The position numbers and the translations under genes were made by a program. Shown here piece by piece: positions 10,265-17,409 of a stretch of DNA of 64,000 bases. Below the pieces are notes generated by a model. The model was not told the origin of the DNA and did not search any database. It saw nothing but the letters and a program-made list of their open reading frames with translations. The stretch spans positions 8,120 to 72,119 of the forward strand of contig CALEAV010000021.1 in NCBI GenBank assembly GCA_937943575.1, in the 5' to 3' direction. Origin of the DNA: an uncultured bacterium. GTDB lineage: Bacteria; Desulfobacterota; Desulfobaccia; Desulfobaccales; 0-14-0-80-60-11. Every line of letters begins with the position of its first letter. The first letter of the stretch is position 1.

Positions 10265-11242
10265 ATGGGGTTCCGGCTTCTTCCTCTGTGCGCCCTGCTG
10301 CTGACGCTCTGCCGGCCGGCGGCGGCCACCCCCCCTCCCCTGCCCCTCTACTCCGCCCTGGGCGGCGGGATGGAGGAGGTGGTGGTGGAAAAGAGCATCC
10401 ACCTGAGCCATCTGGCCCTGCGCAAACAGGTCCGCTGGCAGGTGCTGGCCCGGCACAATGGCATCTCCGAACCCTACCGCCTCAAGAAGGGGATGACCCT
10501 GACCATCAACAACACTCATATCGTCCCCACCGAGCTGGACCACGGCCTCCTCATCAACCTGCCGGAGCTGACCCTGTACCATTTTGTCCAGGGCGTCTAT
10601 CAGCGGCGCTATGCCCTGGCGGTGGGCCGCCGCAGCTGGCCCACCCCCACCGGGGACTACCGCATCGTCAACAAGGCCCGCAACCCCACCTGGATCGTGC
10701 CCGCCTCCATCCGGGAGGAGATGGCGGAAAGCGGGAGGGAGGTGCCGGAACGGGTGCCGCCGGGCCCCAATAACCCCCTGGGGGAGTTCTGGCTGGGGAC
10801 CTCGGCCCCCGGGGTGGGCATCCACGCCACCAACCGGCCCTGGTCCATCGGCACCTCCGCCTCCCATGGCTGCATCCGCATGCTCCCGGAGGAGATCGCC
10901 CAGCTCTTCCCGCAGGTGGAGGTGGGCACCCCGGTGAAGATCATCTACCGGCCCGTCAAAATGGCGCTGGTGGCGGACCGGGTCTATCTGGAGGTCCACC
11001 CCGACATCTACGGCCGGGAGAAAAAGCCCCTGGAAACCGTGAAACATCTGGCCGCGGTGCATGGGCTGACGGACCGCATCGATTGGGACAAGGCGGCCCA
11101 GGTGGTGAAAGCCCGGGAGGGCATCGCCGCGGACATCTCCCTCACCCCGGCGCCCATCCCCGGGAGCACCACCGCGGAAGCCCCCACCCCCAGGGAGATG
11201 GGCCTTTTGCCTTTACAGCGCCAGGACCGGAAGGTAGAATGA
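10265..11242 (+). CDS. L,D-transpeptidase (YkuD domain) with N-terminal signal peptide and LysM-like segment
   Basis: 325 aa. Signal peptide MGFRLLPLCALLLTLCRPAAA. LysM-like segment LALRKQVRWQVLARHNGISEPYRLKKGMTLTI. YkuD catalytic region NPLGEFWLGTSAPGVGIHATN...SHGCIRM (His/Cys motif). Confidence 0.88.
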   Translation: MGFRLLPLCALLLTLCRPAAATPPPLPLYSALGGGMEEVVVEKSIHLSHLALRKQVRWQVLARHNGISEPYRLKKGMTLTINNTHIVPTELDHGLLINLPELTLYHFVQGVYQRRYALAVGRRSWPTPTGDYRIVNKARNPTWIVPASIREEMAESGREVPERVPPGPNNPLGEFWLGTSAPGVGIHATNRPWSIGTSASHGCIRMLPEEIAQLFPQVEVGTPVKIIYRPVKMALVADRVYLEVHPDIYGREKKPLETVKHLAAVHGLTDRIDWDKAAQVVKAREGIAADISLTPAPIPGSTTAEAPTPREMGLLPLQRQDRKVE

Positions 11243-11402
11243 GGTGGTTTGCAAGGCGGGGGAGCGGAAATTCCCTGCCCGTCGCCCTCCACCAAAGGGA
11301 GGAGGCCCCAACAGAGGGCCCGGGCGCAGGTTACCCTTTGTTTTCGCCGGCAATGCCTCCCGAAAGAGGACGGCCGGGGTCACCCCCCGGCGGTGGGATG
11401 CC

Positions 11403-11654
11403 ATGGAACGGCCACACCCTGATCCCCAGGCAGTGCGGGAGGAAAACCGCAAGCTGCGCTATCTGAGATTCCTGGTGGACCTGGCCCTCCGGGAGATCCG
11501 GGCCGGCCGCTACACCCACGAGGAGGCCCTCCGGGTGGTGGAGAATGTCCGGACCCAGGCCTTAAAGCTCTTTCCCGGCAAAGAGACCGCCTTTGAGGTG
11601 ATTTACCGCCCCCGTTTCCAGCGGGTCATCTCCGAAACTTTCTCCCTGCATTAA
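11403..11654 (+). CDS. Hypothetical small protein (83 aa)
   Basis: ORF 11244..11654. The first 53 codons are low-complexity G/P/R and overlap a repeat element, so the start is placed at ATG 11403. Product MERPHPDPQAVREENRKLRYLRFLVDLALREIRAGRYTHEEALRVVENVR... has balanced composition. No family recognised. Confidence 0.5.
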   Translation: MERPHPDPQAVREENRKLRYLRFLVDLALREIRAGRYTHEEALRVVENVRTQALKLFPGKETAFEVIYRPRFQRVISETFSLH

Positions 11655-11675
11655 CGAAGGAAGGATCCCTGACCC

Positions 11676-12230
11676 ATGCGCGCAAAACTTCTCCCCTGGT
11701 GCCTCCTGTGCCTCATTCTCGCTGCCCCCTTCAGTGCGGCTTGGGCGCAGTCCGCCCCGCCCCAGACGGCCCCCCCGGCCGCCCCCCCGCCGGCCTGCGG
11801 CCCGGACCACGCCATCATCTACAAGCGGGCTGTGAGCCTCCTGGACAGCGCCGAAAAGAAGCTGAACGCCAAGTACACCGCGGAAGCCAAGACCCTGCTC
11901 AAAGAGGCCAACGCCCTGTTCACTATCCTCACCAAGGAGTGCGGCCCTACGCAGGCGGAGCGGCTCCTGACGGAAAAGGAGCTGCAGCAGGAGGCCATCA
12001 ACAAGAAGCTCTCCGATGACGCCCTGGCCGCCTCCGAGCGGCTGCTCAAGACCGCCGCGGACAAGGAAAAACAGGCGGAGCAGCTGGAGCGCCAGGGGAA
12101 CCATGACGCCAGCCTGGCCCTGCAGCGCCAGGCCAAGGCGGAGTATGAGCTGGCCCATCTGCAGGCCGTCAAGGCCCAGCTCTACGCCCTGCGCAACCAG
12201 CAGATGATCTTTCAATACCTGCGCAAGTAA
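11676..12230 (+). CDS. Secreted coiled-coil protein of unknown function
   Basis: 184 aa. Signal peptide MRAKLLPWCLLCLILAAPFSAAWA-QS, then a Pro-rich linker, then a K/E/A/Q/L-rich helical region. Translation checked codon by codon against the sequence. Confidence 0.7.
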   Translation: MRAKLLPWCLLCLILAAPFSAAWAQSAPPQTAPPAAPPPACGPDHAIIYKRAVSLLDSAEKKLNAKYTAEAKTLLKEANALFTILTKECGPTQAERLLTEKELQQEAINKKLSDDALAASERLLKTAADKEKQAEQLERQGNHDASLALQRQAKAEYELAHLQAVKAQLYALRNQQMIFQYLRK

Positions 12231-12470
12231 AGGTGTTGTGAGACCGAACCAGGCTGAGGTGGGGCAATCCCGCCTCCGGATGATCTCTCAATACCTGCGC
12301 CAGTGAGAGTGCTGGGGGCTCAGGCTCCCGGGGGCGTCAGGGGGGCTTGAGGCCCCGGAGGGCCAGAGCCTTTGCCCCCCGTAGGCCTTGGCCCGGTGCC
12401 TGGGGGATTTCCCACCCCCCGGCTGAGCGAGGGGAGGCGAGACGGGCGTCAGGCCCAGGGCGGCATACCC

Positions 12471-12510
12471 CCCGCCCTCCCTCCAATCGCATCGTAGGGG
12501 AGCGGGCACA
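12471..12510. repeat. Copy of the CCCGCCCTCC(C)CTCCAAYC...GGGGAG repeat core
   Basis: cccgccctccctccaatcgcatcgtaggggagcgggc. Compare 614..634 cccgccctcccctccaactcc and 38297..38340 cccgcaccctcccctgccaatccccgatgcggtaggggagggga. Confidence 0.6.
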
Positions 12511-12687
12511 TTCACGGATGCAATCCAGAAGGTGCAGTACCCGCACTCATTCCGGTCGCGGCAGGGAGGGGGAGCGCCCCGCCGGCGGCCTGCGGGACAT
12601 TATCCGGGCTCCCGGTCAACCCCGGAGCCTCAGCCCTGAGCCCTAAAAGGCGCTTTCTTCTTCCCTCCCCGACGGAGAGATGCTGCC

Positions 12688-13335
12688 ATGGAGCTCATCA
12701 TCCTTCCGGAAAAGGTGGGGGCATTGGAAATCCTCACGTATCTGGTGGTCTGTCCCGAGACCGGCGAGGCCCTGGTGGTGGACCCGGGGGGGCCGGCCCC
12801 CGGCCTCCTGGCCCGGCTCCGCCGGGAGGGCTGGCGGGTGCGCTGGATTCTCAACACCCACGGCCACGCCGACCACACCGCCGGCAATGAGCCTTGGGCC
12901 GCCGCCACCGGGGCCCCGGTGGTGATGCACCGCCTGGACTGGGAGTTCTTCCGGCGCCCGGAGATGCAGGGGGAGGCCCGCCGGGAGGGCTTTCCGCCCC
13001 TCACCCGGGTGGACCTGGCGGTGGAGGACGGGCACCGCCTGCCCTTAGGCCGGCAGGAGGGTCTGCTCCTGCACACCCCCGGCCACACCCCCGGCTCCCT
13101 GTGTCTGTATTTCCCCGGCCACCTCTTCACCGGCGACACCCTCTTTGTGGAAGCCGCCGGCCGCACCGATCTGCCGGGGGGGTCCCTGGAGGCCCTGCTT
13201 AACTCCCTGGCCCACAAGATCCTGCCCCTGCCGGATGACACCCGCATCTGGCCGGGCCACGACTACGGCAGCACCTTTCCCTCCACCCTGGGGGCGGAAA
13301 AGGAAAACAACCCTTACCTCACCGATTTCTTCTGA
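12688..13335 (+). CDS. MBL-fold metallo-hydrolase (glyoxalase II-like)
   Basis: 215 aa. Contains LNTHGHADHTAGN (HxHxDH motif), then LLHTPGHTPGS and GDTLF...GRTD...WPGHDYG, the typical metallo-beta-lactamase fold pattern. Confidence 0.88.
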   Translation: MELIILPEKVGALEILTYLVVCPETGEALVVDPGGPAPGLLARLRREGWRVRWILNTHGHADHTAGNEPWAAATGAPVVMHRLDWEFFRRPEMQGEARREGFPPLTRVDLAVEDGHRLPLGRQEGLLLHTPGHTPGSLCLYFPGHLFTGDTLFVEAAGRTDLPGGSLEALLNSLAHKILPLPDDTRIWPGHDYGSTFPSTLGAEKENNPYLTDFF

Positions 13336-13515
13336 GCCCTCGCCCCCATTTCCCGGCCCGGCGGCAACGGGTGCGGTTTTAATCCCCTCCCGGACCCACG
13401 CCGATAAGTCAGGCAGAAAGCCTCCCGGCCGCAGGAGTGTTACCCCCTGGGGCCGGCGTCCGGGCCGCCTTCCGGCCCAGCTGTCAGGTCTGGAGCATAA
13501 AGGAGGACCCGCGTC

Positions 13516-14124
13516 GTGGCCCTGGGCCCCCTCACCCTGGACATTCTCCTGGCGGAAGACGATCCGACGCTCATGGCAGCCCTGGCCGGCTTCCTTCGGC
13601 GCCGGGGCCACCGGGTGACCCAGGCCCGCCACGGCGGCGAGGCCCTGATTGCCCTCCAGGAGCAGGATTTTTCTCTGGTGATCACCGACCTCATCATGCC
13701 GGTGGCCGACGGCCTGGAGGTCCTGCGGGCCGCCCGGCGCCGGGAGCCTCCACCCCTGGTGGTCATTATGACCGGCTACGCCTCCATTGACAGTGCCATC
13801 CAGGCCATCCGGGAAGGGGCCTACGACTACCTGCGCAAACCCTTCAAATTACAGGAGATCGAGGTGGCGGTGGCCAACGCCGCCCGCTTTTTGGCCCTTT
13901 ACCAGGAAAACCAGGCGCTGCTGCAACGCCTGGAGAACCTGTCGGCATGTCTTGCCGGCCCCCACCCGGGGACCGGGGACCGTTCCCCGCCCACCCCTTC
14001 CCGGGCGGCGCCGGAGGACAGGGATTCCCACCCCCTCGGCCCGGACCTGGAGCGGCTCCGCCTCCTCTACCAGGAGCGTCTCCTGTCAGAGACGGAGTAT
14101 CACACCCTGAGACACAAAGTCTGA
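13516..14124 (+). CDS. Stand-alone response-regulator receiver protein with C-terminal SHOCT-like tail
   Basis: GTG start preceded by AAGGAGGA. REC motifs ILLAEDDP...LVITDLIMPVADG...VIMTGY...YLRKPF. Pro-rich linker, then a C-terminal LERLRLLYQERLLSETEYHTLRHKV. Confidence 0.85.
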   Translation: MALGPLTLDILLAEDDPTLMAALAGFLRRRGHRVTQARHGGEALIALQEQDFSLVITDLIMPVADGLEVLRAARRREPPPLVVIMTGYASIDSAIQAIREGAYDYLRKPFKLQEIEVAVANAARFLALYQENQALLQRLENLSACLAGPHPGTGDRSPPTPSRAAPEDRDSHPLGPDLERLRLLYQERLLSETEYHTLRHKV

Positions 14125-14149
14125 CCCCGAAACGTGGAAGCCTGTCCCA

Positions 14150-14926
14150 ATGATTAGCAAAGTCCAGGCCATCTTGAGCGTGCAACCGGAGAGGGCGGCA
14201 TTTTTCCGGGACCTGCCCGCGGCTGCCTCCCCGCCGGATTCGGAGAAGACCTCGTGCGGCCCCGCTTCCTCCCTGTTCAGCGCCACCATCCAGTCGCTGC
14301 TCCGGACCCTGGCCGCCCGGGATCCTTATACCGCCCATCATTCCGTGCGGGTGACCAAGCTGGCCACCTGTTTTGCCGTCTACCTGGGACTGGGCTCCCA
14401 GGAGATCGCCACCCTGCACAACGCCGTGATCCTGCATGACCTCGGCAAAATCGGCATCAGCGACGCCATTCTGAACAAGCCCGGTCCTCTCACCCCCGAG
14501 GAGCGGGCGATCATCACGACGCATCCCCTCATCGGGGAACTCATCGTTGAACCCCTCAATCTCACCCCAGGCGAGCGGGACATCATCCTCCTCCACCATG
14601 AACGCTGGGACGGCACCGGCTATCCCCGGGGGATCGCCGGGACGGAGATCCCCTTCCTCTGCCGCCTCACCTCGCTGGCGGACGCCTATGACGCCATGAT
14701 CACCGACCGCCCGTACCGCCGGGGTTTTCCCGCGGCGCAGGCCCTCAAGGAGATTGAAAGTCAGGCTGGGAGTCTCTACGACCCTGAGCTGACAGGAAAA
14801 TTTGCCGCCTTCCTCCGGTCCTCCTGGCAGAAGATCTCCTGCGGCTCGCCCCTTTCCTGCCAAGCCGTGCTCTTTTCGTCGCCAGGCCGGTTCCCGACCC
14901 GGACCTCGGCCTCCCCCCACGCCTGA
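14150..14926 (+). CDS. HD-GYP domain protein (putative c-di-GMP phosphodiesterase)
   Basis: 258 aa. Contains HHSVRVTKLA...ILHDLGKIGISDAILNKPGPLTPEE...THP..G...LLHHERWDGTGYPRG, i.e. the HD and GYP signatures. Confidence 0.88.
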   Translation: MISKVQAILSVQPERAAFFRDLPAAASPPDSEKTSCGPASSLFSATIQSLLRTLAARDPYTAHHSVRVTKLATCFAVYLGLGSQEIATLHNAVILHDLGKIGISDAILNKPGPLTPEERAIITTHPLIGELIVEPLNLTPGERDIILLHHERWDGTGYPRGIAGTEIPFLCRLTSLADAYDAMITDRPYRRGFPAAQALKEIESQAGSLYDPELTGKFAAFLRSSWQKISCGSPLSCQAVLFSSPGRFPTRTSASPHA

Positions 14927-15901
14927 CCCGGGAAAGACTAGACTTTGCACGGCCAAGCCTGGGTGTGGCGCAGGCTTCCTCCCCCAAAGGCCGGGCACGC
15001 CCCTTGCATAATGCCGATGCAGGGCGGTGGAGGAGCCGGAAGGGAGGGGGGAGGGGGTCCAGACCGCAGGAGGGCGGTGGAGAGGCGGGCCCCCGTCCCG
15101 CGGGGTGAGCCCCGCCGGGAGCCCAAGCGGGGAAGTCTCGGAGAGCGGGGAAGCTTGCCGCTTAAGCTGCGGGCCAAGTGGCCGGGAGCGCCAAGGCGAG
15201 GCATTCCGGCCGGGAGGGTTGCGGCCGGGGAAATCCCCTACCGGTCCGGCTGGCCAGGGCGGTCTCCTGCCCCTTCCCTGACCTCCGGAGGCGCAGCGGG
15301 GCAAGTCCACCGCCACCCGGGGCGCCCCGGGAGGCCAAAAGCGTGAATCCTGGGGGGCCCACCATGGTCAGGGGCAGCTGCCGCCCACACCCAGGTCCCC
15401 CGGGAGGCGAAAAGCAGTCCCCTTATACGCCCCCCACCCGAAGGTTGAGGGGCACCCGCCCCCTTAGGCGCGCCAAGGAGCCAAAAAAGGGCTGAAAGCG
15501 CGCTGGAGGCCTGCCGGCCGGACGCCGCCCCCGGAAGGGGCCTTGCTGCGGCCTCAATTTCCGGGAGGAGGGGTGAGGTCCCCCGGCCCCGGGCTGCCGG
15601 GCCGCAGCCTCGTTCCAGGCGGGGAAATCCTGGACGGAACCCATGGGGGTGCGTCCCGGGGCCAATCAGCCGGAAGGCGGAGCAAAGGATAGGCAGAGGG
15701 CCGGGGATCCCCCCCGGGTCTATGGGGCTTCCCTGCTTCCCCTGGCGGGCCGCTTGATTCCCCATTCCTCCCCGGGGAAAGGGGCACCCCCGGCTCTCAG
15801 GGAGCATGTCCGGGGGCCGGAAGGATCCGGCCGGAGGCGTCCCCTTCCCGGATGCTCCCGGCAGGTGCTGCGATGCCGGAGGAGACCCACGGGCCCGGCC
15901 C

Positions 15902-16054
15902 TCAGATGGAGCTCAGGCGTCTGACAATGCGCTCCCGGCGGCGCCACTGGTCCCGTTGCCGGTGAAGTCGCCATGCCAGCAAGCCCACCAGGACCGCGAG
16001 AAGGGAGGGAGCCAATTTGGCGGCCTGCGCCATAACTTCCCACCAGGGTGACAT
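15902..16054 (-). CDS. Putative 50-aa single-pass membrane protein (below ORF-track length cutoff)
   Basis: My translation gives MSPWWEVMAQAAKLAPSLLAVLVGLLAWRLHRQRDQWRRRERIVRRLSSI*. The ATG lies 19 nt after the stop of the upstream M48 gene and is preceded by GGAGG (ctGGAGGatctATG). Hydrophobic helix followed by an Arg-rich tail. Confidence 0.4.
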   Translation of the reverse strand: MSPWWEVMAQAAKLAPSLLAVLVGLLAWRLHRQRDQWRRRERIVRRLSSI

Positions 16055-16073
16055 AGATCCTCCAGGGCAGGGG

Positions 16074-17288
16074 TTACAGGGGTCCCGGCCGCCGGTTCAG
16101 CTCCGGCGACTGCAGAAAGACCTCCGCCGCCCTGCCGGCAGTGAAATAAGACGCCGCTTTCTGAAGCCGGGCCAGACGTTCCAGAGGCGCCGGGTGATGA
16201 TCCAGAAAATAGGTGCGCTCAAAAGGGTCTTGCACCACGGCGCCCAGCCGCTCCCAGACCGCCAGGCCCCGCTGGATGTTATAGCCCGCCAGGTAGGCAT
16301 ACCAGAGCCCGTAGATGTCGGCCTCCCGTTCGTCCTCCCGGGAGAAGGCGCTCACCACGGCGTCGTCCACCGCCCCGGGGAGGCGCTCCTCCCGCCACAC
16401 CGCCCGGCGGAGGTTCAGCAGCCCTTGCAGGGACGAGGTGGCCAAGGCCCCGGCCAACTGCCAGACCTGGCCGGCCAGCCCTCCCACCCGGCGATGGCCC
16501 GCCCCCCGGGTCAGGTGGCCGTGCACCTGATGGGCCAGCTCATGGCCTACCACCACGGCCAGCTCGTCATCATTGAGACAGAAAGACACCAGCCGCCGGG
16601 TGAGGATGACCCGCCCCGGAGCCGCATAGGCATTGATGCGGTTGTCCTGGGTATCCACCAGGATGGCGAAATGTGCCGGCAGATGCTGGGGGTAGAGGGT
16701 GACGGGAAACCGCTCGCCCCCCCGCTCCACCAGAAGCTCCACCGGCCCGGTGAGGTAGCGCTCCCGGCTCTCCATGCGGATGTATTTGAGGTCCAGCATC
16801 AGGGCCACCAGGACCTCTCCCGGCAGCTGAAACACCGTCAGCTGCTCCGGCGGCCGGCGCCCATACCGCGGCCGGGAGCTGACCCAGAAGGCGTCCCGGA
16901 ACAGGTCCCGGGCCATCCGGGTCTTTTCATCCCAGTCCCGCACCCAGGGGTGAATGGGCCAGTTGTTCACCGCCACCAGCACATCCCCCTGCTGCAGTCG
17001 GGCGTCATGGGCCGGCGAGGGCTGCCAGACATTGTCGATCACCACCCTGCCGGTCTCGGTGACCCACCAGTCAAAGCCCAGAAAGGGATAGGTGCGGCCG
17101 TGGACCTGGGGCAGGACCGCCAGCTCCCGCAGAAACACCCGGGAGACCCGCTCCAGGGTCCAGGATCTGTGGGGATGGCGCTGCACCGCCGCCAGTTGCA
17201 CCGCCTCCACCTCCTGGGCCGTGGGGGTGGGCCGGGTGACCTCGGCGCAGCCGGTCAGCAGCGCCAGGCTGAGGGTGAGGGCGGTCAT
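16074..17288 (-). CDS. M48-family zinc metallopeptidase lipoprotein with PDZ-like segment
   Basis: ORF 16074..17495(-) trimmed to ATG 17288. The start gives MTALTLSLALLTGC (lipobox). HELAHQVHGH (HExxH) plus EDEREADIYG (ExxAD) indicate M48. The upstream segment ARLQQGDVLVAVNNWPI looks PDZ-like. Confidence 0.8.
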   Translation of the reverse strand: MTALTLSLALLTGCAEVTRPTPTAQEVEAVQLAAVQRHPHRSWTLERVSRVFLRELAVLPQVHGRTYPFLGFDWWVTETGRVVIDNVWQPSPAHDARLQQGDVLVAVNNWPIHPWVRDWDEKTRMARDLFRDAFWVSSRPRYGRRPPEQLTVFQLPGEVLVALMLDLKYIRMESRERYLTGPVELLVERGGERFPVTLYPQHLPAHFAILVDTQDNRINAYAAPGRVILTRRLVSFCLNDDELAVVVGHELAHQVHGHLTRGAGHRRVGGLAGQVWQLAGALATSSLQGLLNLRRAVWREERLPGAVDDAVVSAFSREDEREADIYGLWYAYLAGYNIQRGLAVWERLGAVVQDPFERTYFLDHHPAPLERLARLQKAASYFTAGRAAEVFLQSPELNRRPGPL

Positions 17289-17409
17289 CCCCCGGGCCGT
17301 TCTTCTCCCCGGGGCCGCCCCGGTTGCGGAGCCGGTCCTTCCTTCCGGGGGCAAACCCTCCCCGGCGGACAGGGAGTCCGGCCTTTTCAGCCCCGCAATG
17401 ATCCCGGTC

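Noticed and set aside
11244-11402. N-terminal 53 codons of ORF 11244..11654 (MVCKAGERKFPARRPPPKGGGPNRGPGRRLPF...).
   Set aside because: The sequence is low-complexity, overlaps a GGAAATTCCC-containing repeat element, and starts 2 nt after the upstream stop with no SD. The balanced, helical part begins at ATG 11403.
14927-15901. Possible CRISPR array in the repeat-containing ORF-free tract.
   Set aside because: The repeats are short (13 to 18 nt), irregularly spaced and imperfect. They do not alternate with unique spacers of constant length. No cas genes are in the window.
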